From an uncultured bacterium (GTDB taxonomy: Bacteria; Actinomycetota; Actinomycetes; Nanopelagicales; Nanopelagicaceae), in the NCBI GenBank assembly GCA_963977945.1, contig CAXBQO010000001.1:1-34185 (forward strand): DNA of 34,185 nucleotides, written 5' to 3'. Position 1 is the stretch's first letter. Each line of letters opens with the position of its first letter. Both the position numbers and the translations under genes were made by a program. Shown piece by piece: positions 20,859 through 29,947 of the stretch. The notes under the pieces are model-generated. The model searched no databases, was not told the origin of the DNA, and saw nothing but the letters and a program-made list of their open reading frames with translations.

Positions 20859-21737
20859 ATGGAACAGGTTTCACGTGAAACATCAGAGAAAAGGGTCATA
20901 GGGATCCGCAGGCTCAAGGAGCCAATGGTTGCTCCACTGCGAACCAGGGTTATCACTGTGGCAAATCAAAAGGGCGGGGTTGGTAAAACCACCACCACAG
21001 TCAACTTAGCGGCTGCGCTCGCTATGGGTGGATTGCGGGTTTTAGTGATTGACCTCGACCCACAAGGAAACGCCACTACTGCGCTGGGGATAGATTCTTC
21101 AAAAAACGATGGAATTTTCGATGTTCTAATCAATGATAAAAAAATTGATGACCTGGTTTTAAAGGTGCCAGGTTTTGCAAATCTTGAGGCGGTGGCAGCA
21201 AATTCAAATTTAGCCGGAGCTGAAATTTTATTGGTACCGCAAGTAGCAAGAGAGTTTCGATTAAAACAATCACTAGAAGATTTTTTACAAAGAAAACAAA
21301 ATCAAAACCAAAGATTTGATTATGTATTTATTGATTGTCCACCTTCACTTGGATTGTTAACTATCAATGCGCTAACTGCAGCGCAAGAGGTTTTAGTTCC
21401 AATCCAATGTGAGTACTACTCATTAGAGGGATTAACTTTATTAATGGACACATTGAATCAAGTGCAAAAAAGATTGAATCCAAATATTTTATTATCAACA
21501 ATTGTTTTAACAATGTATGACAGCAGAACTCGATTATCAAATGATGTAGCAGAAAATGTAAAGAAACATTTTCCATCTCAATTAATTGATATTCCAATTC
21601 CAAGAGCGGTGCGAGTTTCAGAAGCACCATCTTTTGGACAAACTGTGATGACATATGACGCAGCATCTCCAGGCGCGATTGCATATCTTTCAATTGCTCG
21701 CGAGATAGCAAATCGCGGTGGTGGAGTAGCAGCGTGA
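20859..21737 (+). CDS. parA: Chromosome partitioning ATPase ParA (Soj)
   Basis: Deviant Walker A NQKGGVGKTT, Walker A' VLVIDLDPQGN and Walker B YVFIDCPPSLG. Confidence 0.96.
   Translation: MEQVSRETSEKRVIGIRRLKEPMVAPLRTRVITVANQKGGVGKTTTTVNLAAALAMGGLRVLVIDLDPQGNATTALGIDSSKNDGIFDVLINDKKIDDLVLKVPGFANLEAVAANSNLAGAEILLVPQVAREFRLKQSLEDFLQRKQNQNQRFDYVFIDCPPSLGLLTINALTAAQEVLVPIQCEYYSLEGLTLLMDTLNQVQKRLNPNILLSTIVLTMYDSRTRLSNDVAENVKKHFPSQLIDIPIPRAVRVSEAPSFGQTVMTYDAASPGAIAYLSIAREIANRGGGVAA
20867..20882. promoter_or_regulatory. parS: parS centromere-like site (ParB binding)
   Basis: gGTTTCACGTGAAACa: the same perfect 14-bp palindrome at 20868-20881, inside codons 4-8 (VSRET) of parA. Confidence 0.9.
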
Positions 21738-22630
21738 GTACTAGAAAAGGTGGCTTGGGCCGTGGATTAGACGCACTGATTCCGCAATCGGTAATCCCAA
21801 CAGAAATCACTACAAAAACAGGTTTACAAGTTGCCGACCGTAGTGAAGTGGCAGTTGAAAATATTTCTGCAAACCCAAAACAACCACGAACAGTTTTTGA
21901 TACCGATCAATTAAATGAATTAGCTCAATCAATTAAAGAGGTTGGATTATTGCAACCGCCAGTAGTTAGACAAATTGATGGAAATAAATATCAATTAATA
22001 ATGGGCGAGCGAAGATTTAGAGCGGCAAAAATTGCTGGCTTAAAAACAATCCCAGTAATAATTAGACAAACAACAGATGATCAATTGTTGCGTGAAGCGT
22101 TAATTGAAAATATTCACCGCAGTCAATTAAATCCATTAGAAGAGGGCGCTGCATTTTCACAATTACTTCAAGATTTTAATTACACACACGATGAACTAGC
22201 CGCTCGGTTAGGAAAATCACGGCCAGCCATTTCAAACACTTTACGACTTTTAAATTTGCCACCAACTGTGCAGCGCAAAGTTGCTGCCGGAGTAATCTCT
22301 GCCGGTCACGCTAGGGCATTACTTGGAATTGCAGACCTCACAGAAATTGAAAAACTTGCTAATCGAATTGTGGCTGAAGGTTTAACTGTTCGGCAGACTG
22401 AAGAGATTGCAAGTGGTTTAACCAGCAAAAATGGCCAAAAACCTAGTGCCTTGGGTACAAAAAATAGCCAAACAAATAGAGCTCAACTTAAAGAGATTGC
22501 AGACCAGTTGGGCAATCGGTTAGATACCAGAGTAAGTGTTGAACTTGGCAAATCTAAAGGAAAAATAACTATCGAATTTGCAGATCTTGAAGATTTAAAT
22601 CGAATAAAGCGAATAATCAACCAAAACTAA
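21734..22630 (+). CDS. parB: Chromosome partitioning protein ParB (Spo0J)
   Basis: ParB box II GERRFRAAK, an HTH region (HDELAARLGKSRPAISNTLRLL) and a C-terminal dimerisation region. The GTG start overlaps the parA stop (GTGA). Confidence 0.96.
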   Translation: MSTRKGGLGRGLDALIPQSVIPTEITTKTGLQVADRSEVAVENISANPKQPRTVFDTDQLNELAQSIKEVGLLQPPVVRQIDGNKYQLIMGERRFRAAKIAGLKTIPVIIRQTTDDQLLREALIENIHRSQLNPLEEGAAFSQLLQDFNYTHDELAARLGKSRPAISNTLRLLNLPPTVQRKVAAGVISAGHARALLGIADLTEIEKLANRIVAEGLTVRQTEEIASGLTSKNGQKPSALGTKNSQTNRAQLKEIADQLGNRLDTRVSVELGKSKGKITIEFADLEDLNRIKRIINQN

Positions 22631-23886
22631 ATTAGTTGCCGGCGTTCCATCTCTTCAGTAATTACCGCACCTAAAGATTTCACACCATCTTTGATGCGTT
22701 CTGGAGTTGGGTAACAATAAGAAAGCCGCATTGACCAACTGCCAAATCCATCAGCATAAAACGCGGTACCAGGAACATAAGCCACTTTCGCCACAATCGC
22801 TTTTGGCATAAGTGCGTTTGTATCGATTTCAGGTGGCAAAGTAATCCAAACGTAGAAACCGCCTTCAGGTTTTGTCCAACTGGTTCCGGCCGGAAAGTAT
22901 TTTTGCAAACTTTCTAGCATCGCATCTTTTCGAACCTTATATAACTTTGTAAAAGAAGCGATCTGCGCACGCCATGGCTGATCGGCAAGGTAACTGGAAA
23001 TTGAAAGTTGGGAAAAATTAGATGGGCAAAGAATTGAGGATTCGCTTGCTATGACTAATTTTTCCTTCAAACTTTGTGGAATCAATGCCCAACCGACTCG
23101 AAACCCAGGCGCAATAGTTTTAGAAAATGTTCCAAGATAAATCACATTTTCAGAATCTTCTGCCCGCATGGCATTTGGCGATGGTTTATCAAATCCAAGT
23201 AAGCCATATGGATTATCTTCGACCACAAAAATTTGTTCAGTATGACAAATTTCTAAAATTTCAGTGCGGCGATCTGCGCTTAGTAGAACACCTGCTGGGT
23301 TTTGATAGTTTGGAATCAGGTAAATAAATTTAATCTTACGACCAGATTTTTTAATTTGAGCAATTGCGTTTCTTAGTGCTTGCGGAATGATTCCGTTTTG
23401 ATCCATTTCAACGTGTACCACTTGGGCTTGATACTGCTTAAAAGTTCCTAATGCTCCGACGTAAGAAGGCGCCTCCACCAAAATTACATCGCCTGGATCA
23501 ATAAAAATGCGGGTAATTAAATCTAAAGCTTGTTGAGATCCGGTTGTAACTATTACATCATCTGGATGCGCACTTATTCCTTCAAGTGCCATTACATCGC
23601 AAATTTGTTCTCGCAGTTTTGGATGACCCTGACCGCTGCCGTACTGCAAAGCTTCGCTGCCATTTTCTCTAATTAATTTGTTTACAACCTCAGCCATCAT
23701 GTCCATTGGCAGAGCTGAAAGGTTTGGCATTCCGCCGGCGAGTGAAACTATGTCAGGTCTTGAAGCAACCGCGAATAAAGAGCGAATTTCACTGGCTTTC
23801 ATGCCTAACGCACGATTGGCGAATCGTTCAGTTAGGTTCTCAGGAAGCCCAGTATGAAAGCGTTTTTGCTCGATACTCATTAACAA
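22627..23886 (-). CDS. PLP-dependent aminotransferase, class I/II (2-aminoadipate/aromatic aminotransferase-like; no HTH domain)
   Basis: 419-aa ORF with the PLP-lysine motif GTFSKTIAPGFRVGW and a fold-type I pattern. Substrate specificity cannot be assigned from sequence by eye. Confidence 0.85.
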   Translation of the reverse strand: MLMSIEQKRFHTGLPENLTERFANRALGMKASEIRSLFAVASRPDIVSLAGGMPNLSALPMDMMAEVVNKLIRENGSEALQYGSGQGHPKLREQICDVMALEGISAHPDDVIVTTGSQQALDLITRIFIDPGDVILVEAPSYVGALGTFKQYQAQVVHVEMDQNGIIPQALRNAIAQIKKSGRKIKFIYLIPNYQNPAGVLLSADRRTEILEICHTEQIFVVEDNPYGLLGFDKPSPNAMRAEDSENVIYLGTFSKTIAPGFRVGWALIPQSLKEKLVIASESSILCPSNFSQLSISSYLADQPWRAQIASFTKLYKVRKDAMLESLQKYFPAGTSWTKPEGGFYVWITLPPEIDTNALMPKAIVAKVAYVPGTAFYADGFGSWSMRLSYCYPTPERIKDGVKSLGAVITEEMERRQLI

Positions 23887-23928
23887 AGTCTAAATCAATT
23901 TTGTTGCCAAAATTTCCAGCAGGAATTG

Positions 23929-25059
23929 CTACTTACGAATACCAGCACGCCTTAGGTCTGAGATTTTTAATGTTCCAGTCTTGGCATCTTCCTCTGCCGA
24001 GAGATACAACCTTTGGATTGCAATAACGATTGATTCCACAATTTGTTCTCGAATTGAAACTTCCAACAAAGATTTAGCATCACTTTGATTACTTAAATAA
24101 CCACAATCAATACGAACCACCGGAGCTTTAATCAATCGCAATAAATCCCAACTTTTTGGGTGGGTTCGACAGTTTTGCAATTGGGTGCGAGCGCAAATTT
24201 CACGTTGTACTAGGTTTGCAAATCTTTCACCTATAACCGAATGAACTCCGTGCGTAGTGGAACCGTAATAATAAGTAGCTACACCATTAGCTTTTTCATT
24301 TTTGTATTTATCAACTTTTAATGCAATTACTAAATCTGGATTCATTGAGTTAGCAAATTGAATTCGTTGATTTTCAAGCGGCGAATTTTTGGCACTTCTT
24401 GTTAAATAAACTGAAACCCCTAGCGCGATTAATCTGCCCTCTAATCTTTGCGCGATATCAAACATAAGTTCAGATTCAATTGCGCCAAACCCAACCTCGC
24501 CAGTGAATTCACCGCCCCAACTTGGATCAATCACGATCACTTTATTTGCCAGCGCCGGCCCACGTTGTGCGTGATGAGTATTTTCTCGTAAATGAATAGG
24601 GGCACCACCAGATACGGTTTTTACTAATCTCATCAGTGCAATCAAAGTAGTTGGCCCAAATTTACCGTCAATTAAAATTCCAGCAGATTTTTGAAACTCT
24701 TTGACCGCAGCTTCAGTGTTAGCGCCATAGATTCCATCTACTTTTCCGCAATTAAAACCCATTTCAATCAAACGAGTTTGCAGGTTGGTTACATCATCTC
24801 CATGCATAAGCGGACCGGTAGAAATTGATAAAACTCGATCGCCTAATTTCCATCTAGCCTCTTCCAACATTTTTGCGGTGACGGCGTTTATCACGCCCGT
24901 CGCAGTTATTCCGCGTCTTTGTTGGAATGCTTTGATTGCTTCTTCAACTTTTTCATCAAAAATATTGGTTGCCGAATTTAATAATCCAATTCTTTGCAAA
25001 GTGTTGGAAATAAGAAGTACCGAATCCCCAGAGTCTCCTCGGGTTAATTCGGTACTCAC
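23929..25059 (-). CDS. cwlM: CwlM-like cytoplasmic N-acetylmuramoyl-L-alanine amidase homologue (2x PG_binding_1 + Amidase_3 domain)
   Basis: Two peptidoglycan-binding repeats (GDSGDSVLLISNTLQRIG..., GDDVTNLQTRLIEMGF...), then an Amidase_3-like domain (VIVIDPSWGG...ESEL...TYYYG). No signal peptide. Conserved position next to trxA/trxB, as for Rv3915. Confidence 0.85.
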   Translation of the reverse strand: MSTELTRGDSGDSVLLISNTLQRIGLLNSATNIFDEKVEEAIKAFQQRRGITATGVINAVTAKMLEEARWKLGDRVLSISTGPLMHGDDVTNLQTRLIEMGFNCGKVDGIYGANTEAAVKEFQKSAGILIDGKFGPTTLIALMRLVKTVSGGAPIHLRENTHHAQRGPALANKVIVIDPSWGGEFTGEVGFGAIESELMFDIAQRLEGRLIALGVSVYLTRSAKNSPLENQRIQFANSMNPDLVIALKVDKYKNEKANGVATYYYGSTTHGVHSVIGERFANLVQREICARTQLQNCRTHPKSWDLLRLIKAPVVRIDCGYLSNQSDAKSLLEVSIREQIVESIVIAIQRLYLSAEEDAKTGTLKISDLRRAGIRK

Positions 25060-25081
25060 AAAACCCCTATTTCGATTTAGA

Positions 25082-25405
25082 TTACTTGATGTAGCTTTCT
25101 AGATCTTTTAGTAAGGCAGTCTTTGGTTTTGCGCCAATAATTGTTTTAACAATTTGGCCGTTAACAAATACATTCATCGTTGGAATAGATGTAATTCCAT
25201 ATTTTTGAGCGATTGAGCTTTCTTCATCGGTATTTAATTTAACAATCTTTATTTTTGCGCCGTGCTCATTTGATATTTCTTCCAAAATTGGCCCGACTGC
25301 GCGACATGGTCCGCACCACTCTGCCCAAAAATCAACTAATACAGGGGTGCTACTTTTTAAAACTACTTGGTCAAAATCTGCGGTGGTTACTTTTGTGGTT
25401 GCCAT
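25082..25405 (-). CDS. trxA: Thioredoxin
   Basis: 107-aa ORF with the WCGPC active site. Confidence 0.97.
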   Translation of the reverse strand: MATTKVTTADFDQVVLKSSTPVLVDFWAEWCGPCRAVGPILEEISNEHGAKIKIVKLNTDEESSIAQKYGITSIPTMNVFVNGQIVKTIIGAKPKTALLKDLESYIK

Positions 25406-25465
25406 TTTTTATCCTTTACTTGATTCAGTTCTTATTTTTAATAAACGCGATTCTACTCAACCGTT

Positions 25466-26404
25466 TTAAACCAGTGCGGTTAGGTATTTCTCAGCATCTA
25501 ACGCCGCCTGACATCCGGTTCCAGCTGCTGTAATTGCTTGTCGATACCGATGATCGACCAAATCTCCACAAGCAAATACGCCATCAATGTTTGTCAATGT
25601 TGTTCCTGTTTGTACTTTGGCATAACCATCGGAATCAAGGTCAATTTGTCCTTTGATTAACTCGCTTCGAGGCAAGTGACCAATAGCGACAAAAAGTCCG
25701 GTGAAATCTTGGGTTCGTTCAGCTCCGGTTTTTGTATCTTTTAGTTTTAACCCAGTCACTTTGTCTTCCCCAATTACATCTGTAACTTGGGTATTAAATA
25801 AAAATTCAATTTTTGGATTATTTTTAGCGCGATCAATCATAATTTTTGAAGCCCGCAATTGTTCTCGGCGATGAATAATTACAACTTTGCTGGCAAATTT
25901 AGTTAAGAAATTTGCCTCTTCCATCGCAGAATCTCCGCCGCCGACGACGGCGATAACTTGATCTCTAAAGAAGAAACCATCACAGGTAGCGCACCATGAA
26001 ACACCTCGACCTGATAAACGTTTTTCATTTTCTAAACCAATTTCTTTATAAGCAGAACCGGTTGCAAGAATCACCGATTTAGTTTTTATAATATTTCCCG
26101 AACCATCTTTTAATTCTTTAATTTTTCCAGAAAGTTTCATTTCAACAATGTCATCAGTAATTAACTTTGCGCCAAATCTTTCAGCTTGTTTGCGCATTTG
26201 ATCCATTAAATCTGGACCCATTACTCCGGTTGGAAAACCAGGAAAATTTTCTACCTCTGTGGTGTTCATCAACGCACCACCAGCAGTTACCGAACCTTCA
26301 TAAATAACAGGATTTAATTGAGCCCTTGCGGCATAAATCGCGGCGGTGTAACCAGCTGGTCCAGAACCAACAATTACAACTTCATGTATTTGCGTTGAAT
26401 TCAA
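25466..26404 (-). CDS. trxB: Thioredoxin-disulfide reductase
   Basis: 312-aa ORF with FAD motif GSGPAGYTAA, redox-active CATCDG and NADPH motif GGGDSAMEEA. Confidence 0.97.
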   Translation of the reverse strand: MNSTQIHEVVIVGSGPAGYTAAIYAARAQLNPVIYEGSVTAGGALMNTTEVENFPGFPTGVMGPDLMDQMRKQAERFGAKLITDDIVEMKLSGKIKELKDGSGNIIKTKSVILATGSAYKEIGLENEKRLSGRGVSWCATCDGFFFRDQVIAVVGGGDSAMEEANFLTKFASKVVIIHRREQLRASKIMIDRAKNNPKIEFLFNTQVTDVIGEDKVTGLKLKDTKTGAERTQDFTGLFVAIGHLPRSELIKGQIDLDSDGYAKVQTGTTLTNIDGVFACGDLVDHRYRQAITAAGTGCQAALDAEKYLTALV

Positions 26405-26427
26405 AAAATCCCCAATTCTGTTTGAAT

Positions 26428-28029
26428 CTATTTTCTTATACCAGTACTTCTTAGCAGCAATTTCACCGCATCTGAAACTTCATCAATTTTTAACAATCTA
26501 CTTGTCAAAATATAAATCAAACTTGTAGCCACTAGAACCAAGATAAGTTGAAGAAAATTCCCACCCGGGATTTGATTGCGCAATAACCAGAGCGGCAATA
26601 ATCCAATACCTGTGACTAGCATCAATTTTGTGTAGAAATACAGAATCGGACGTAACCTAATTCTCAAACCATGGCGAGCTAAAAATCTGAAACTTAAAAA
26701 AGTTCCAAGTGAATAATGGATCGGGAAAGTTACTCCCAGCCAAACCGTTACCCATTCCGGTGCGAAAACCATAACTCCAGCCACTGAAAGCAAAATTGCC
26801 ACAATATTTATAATCAAATTTATTTGCGCCTGCGCTTTTACATTTTCAAATGCATTTAACCCACGCATAATTATTAAATTAATACTTAACGGGATAAGTC
26901 CAAGCGAAAGCCCAGAAAGCACTAAACCTAAATAATTTGCATCTTTTGTGGGTAAATCAAAGTAAAGATTTTTAGCAATTAGTGGACCAAAAGTTAAAAA
27001 TACAAGTGCTGCCGGAACAGTAAAGACCGCAACAGTTTTTAGAGCGCTAGTTAATGATTCTTTTAATTCCGATAATTGATTATCAATGACATGGTTAGAC
27101 AATCTTGGTAAAAGTGCAGTAATTAATGAAACGGTAATTACAGAGTGGGGCAAAATCATTATTAGATAAGCGTTTTGATATGGCGTAAAACCGACTCCGG
27201 TACTGATTCCAGATTCCGCCGCTTTTACTCCGGCGCTAGTTGCTAGGTTTACTGTAACTAAATAACTTAGTTGTGAAATTGCCGCGTAAATAAAACTCCA
27301 GCCAGCTAATTTCACCGATTTACCTAATCCGCTATTTCGCCAATCAAATCTAAATTTCAATTTAATTCCAGTGCGGCGAATTACCGGCAGCAAGATGGCA
27401 GCTTGCGCCAAGTAGCCAAATGTTGTGCCTAACCCAAGCCAAGCAACTTCAGCATCGGAAATATTGCCAACTGAAATATCTCTTCTATTTAGTAAAAACC
27501 AAGTGAGTAGAGCGATAACAATTAAGTTGTTTAATACTGGCGCCCACATCATCGGGCCAAATTTATTTTTTGCATTCGCAATCTGACCTAGCAGCATAAA
27601 AACACCTAAGAAAAATATTTGCGGTAAGCAGTAACGCATAAACGCGACCGTTAAATTAAATTCTGGTCTGCCATTGAATTCTGGAGCGTAGATATTTACT
27701 AGTAATGGCGCTGCAAGCACACCTATTAAAGTTAAAATAAATAAAACAGTGACTACCGAAGAATAAAGTTTTGAAATAAATCCTTCGCCACCATCACTAT
27801 CTCGGAGCGAGCGAACTATTTGCGGAACAAAAACCGCCGTTAATGCACCACCAATTAATATGTTGTACAAAATGTTTGGCATCGTATTACCTACGTTGTA
27901 GGTGTCACCTAACAATGCTGTTCCTAAAACAGAAGCCAGCATCAAATTTCTGACCAAACCTGTAATTCGAGAAAAAATAGTGCCAAGCGCCATCGTGGAT
28001 GAGGCTTTTACTATCGAATCATCAACCAC
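26428..28029 (-). CDS. murJ: Lipid II flippase MurJ (MviN), flippase domain only
   Basis: 533-aa ORF with roughly 14 TM segments and a MurJ-type N-terminus (GTIFSRITGLVRNLMLASVLG). Conserved position as for Rv3910, but without a C-terminal pseudokinase extension. Confidence 0.9.
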   Translation of the reverse strand: MVDDSIVKASSTMALGTIFSRITGLVRNLMLASVLGTALLGDTYNVGNTMPNILYNILIGGALTAVFVPQIVRSLRDSDGGEGFISKLYSSVVTVLFILTLIGVLAAPLLVNIYAPEFNGRPEFNLTVAFMRYCLPQIFFLGVFMLLGQIANAKNKFGPMMWAPVLNNLIVIALLTWFLLNRRDISVGNISDAEVAWLGLGTTFGYLAQAAILLPVIRRTGIKLKFRFDWRNSGLGKSVKLAGWSFIYAAISQLSYLVTVNLATSAGVKAAESGISTGVGFTPYQNAYLIMILPHSVITVSLITALLPRLSNHVIDNQLSELKESLTSALKTVAVFTVPAALVFLTFGPLIAKNLYFDLPTKDANYLGLVLSGLSLGLIPLSINLIIMRGLNAFENVKAQAQINLIINIVAILLSVAGVMVFAPEWVTVWLGVTFPIHYSLGTFLSFRFLARHGLRIRLRPILYFYTKLMLVTGIGLLPLWLLRNQIPGGNFLQLILVLVATSLIYILTSRLLKIDEVSDAVKLLLRSTGIRK

Positions 28030-28074
28030 TTAATTTTTCCTTCACCACTAATTTCATTTCTCTATTCTCAATTT

Positions 28075-29229
28075 TCAATTTTCAATACTCAATTCTTCCT
28101 GCTTATTGGATTTAAATCTGCGAACACTCTGTGCAATTACTCCAATTAATAATAGAAGTGCCGCAATACTTGTTAACCACGCAGTTGTTGATGAAATTAC
28201 CGACAAATTTAGTGAAACATATGCTGGAAATCCAAGGGGATTTCCTTGCAAATCTGTCAGCTGAACTTGTAGCGCACTGCTACCAGAGGCAAATACATCT
28301 ATAGGCAAAAGAATTTGTTTTTTTGAGTTTGCTTCCACCTCTATGTCATCAATAGATCTGACCCCAACTTTCAAATTTGTGGGTTTGACTAACATTTTAA
28401 TTTTTAGATTTGATGCAAATTCGTTTACTAAGGTGATTGGCAGTTTTTGGCTTTCATTAGTAACGGTGAATTTAGTGGTTGTAATCCTCAACTTTTTGCG
28501 AGTTTCACTCATACTTTTATTGAAATCGGCATAAAACATAGAGATATTGCGTGGTTCAATGTCTGCATTTAGTAACTGTGCCAGACGCAATCTTGGAATA
28601 GATAACTCTTTCGGGTCAACGATAGTTGATAACAATTTCAATTGTGTATCTGCAGTAGTAAAGGAGGTAATTGCTTCATTTGGTAACGATATATCTTTGT
28701 CATTTTTTTCGTATTTGCTTTCCTCAAAGGCTTTATATGTAACAGAACCACCAAGAAATTCTTCCAGCCGTAATTCATTTACTGATTTGTAGTATTCAAT
28801 TTCAGATGGGAATAACTTATCTACCCATGTCTTTGAAGGGTTGCCGTAAATTATAGAAAAAGAATTTTTAGAATTTACAACTTGGTTGAATCGGGAAAGC
28901 CAATTTTTCGCTATCTGTTCATACATTCCGACCGACTCATCTATTAATTGATAACCATCACTCATATCTGATATTTCTTCAATCGTTGACATATCAATTA
29001 AGAATTTTGGTTTAGATTTTGCTGAAAGGTAAAAAATTTGACCTAGTTTTCCTCCAGGCTTTAATTGCTCACCTAAACCTTCATCGACGAACTTGCCAGT
29101 TAATAATCGATGAGTAGGTGCCGAAATAATTATTTCTTCAGTTGTTGCCGCTTGCGAAAAGGGAGTAAAAAATAAAGAATTTAGAAATAAAAAACTAGTG
29201 AAACTTAAAAAAGATAGAAATTTTTTCAC
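28075..29229 (-). CDS. Exported, C-terminally membrane-anchored hypothetical protein (positional equivalent of Rv3909; possibly DUF6049 family)
   Basis: 384-aa ORF with an N-terminal signal peptide ([27 protein letters not shown]) and a single C-terminal TM helix followed by basic residues ([23 protein letters not shown]). The GTG start overlaps the NUDIX stop (GTGA). The family name is recalled from memory and needs an HMM check. Confidence 0.6.
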   Translation of the reverse strand: MKKFLSFLSFTSFLFLNSLFFTPFSQAATTEEIIISAPTHRLLTGKFVDEGLGEQLKPGGKLGQIFYLSAKSKPKFLIDMSTIEEISDMSDGYQLIDESVGMYEQIAKNWLSRFNQVVNSKNSFSIIYGNPSKTWVDKLFPSEIEYYKSVNELRLEEFLGGSVTYKAFEESKYEKNDKDISLPNEAITSFTTADTQLKLLSTIVDPKELSIPRLRLAQLLNADIEPRNISMFYADFNKSMSETRKKLRITTTKFTVTNESQKLPITLVNEFASNLKIKMLVKPTNLKVGVRSIDDIEVEANSKKQILLPIDVFASGSSALQVQLTDLQGNPLGFPAYVSLNLSVISSTTAWLTSIAALLLLIGVIAQSVRRFKSNKQEELSIEN

Positions 29230-29825
29230 GGCTTTAAATCGCCTGATTTGGCGATAAGTTTTCGTTCATCTGGATAAGCCAAGATACTTACAATTTCTCC
29301 TAGCGGGAACCAACGAACATCATCTACTTCAGTAACTTGGGGCGCCAACTTTCCACCAGCTTCCTGAAATAAAAAGTGGTGCACAGTTTTGTGAATTCTT
29401 TTGCCACTTGCCATAAACCAAAAATCAATTACTCCAAGTTCACGAACAATTTCTGGCTTTATTCCGGTTTCCTCTTGCACCTCTCGTACCGCTGCTTGCT
29501 GCGGTGTCTCGCCAGACTCAATGTGTCCTTTTGGCAAGGACCACAACAATCTTTCATGCGAAGCATCTTTTGGATCAAGTCGACCGATTAGTAAACCTTT
29601 AGTTCCAGTTTTATCAACAACTAAACCACCAGCGCTTACTTCATCAACTCGTTTGGCATATTTATGTTTTTGATTAAAGTTTTTTTGTTGACTGCGCTCA
29701 ACCGGTTTATTCGGTGAATTTTTTCGGTGTCTTTTTTTGCGTCTGGATGGTTTAGCAGAATTATTTTGTCGTGCAGGAACAACTTTAGAATCCGCTTCGC
29801 CACCCACATTTTCTGGGGGGGTCAT
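29226..29825 (-). CDS. NUDIX hydrolase (MutT4/Rv3908-like) with polybasic N-terminal extension
   Basis: NUDIX box [23 protein letters not shown]. Residues ~20-60 are Lys/Arg-rich ([34 protein letters not shown]). Confidence 0.88.
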   Translation of the reverse strand: MTPPENVGGEADSKVVPARQNNSAKPSRRKKRHRKNSPNKPVERSQQKNFNQKHKYAKRVDEVSAGGLVVDKTGTKGLLIGRLDPKDASHERLLWSLPKGHIESGETPQQAAVREVQEETGIKPEIVRELGVIDFWFMASGKRIHKTVHHFLFQEAGGKLAPQVTEVDDVRWFPLGEIVSILAYPDERKLIAKSGDLKP

Positions 29826-29947
29826 GGGGCTAGGTTACTAATTCCACCTTTTAACTAAGCGTTTAACTAAGAGTTATTGCGTGTAACTACGGCGATAAAG
29901 CCATTGTTACTCTGATTGAACTCGACCAATCGTTAGCCTTAGCGTTT

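Noticed and set aside
21364-21810. 148-aa minus-strand ORF overlapping the parA 3' end and parB start
   Set aside because: It is antisense to two strongly supported genes. The translation is a Leu/His/Gln-rich artefact-like sequence with no motif and no RBS.
28067-28094. Four tandem heptamers (C/T)TCAAT(T/A) across the stop codon of the 384-aa ORF
   Set aside because: The repeat is very short and imperfect and lies in AT-rich sequence. Most of it is explained by the C-terminal codons (ELSIEN*). There is no evidence of function.
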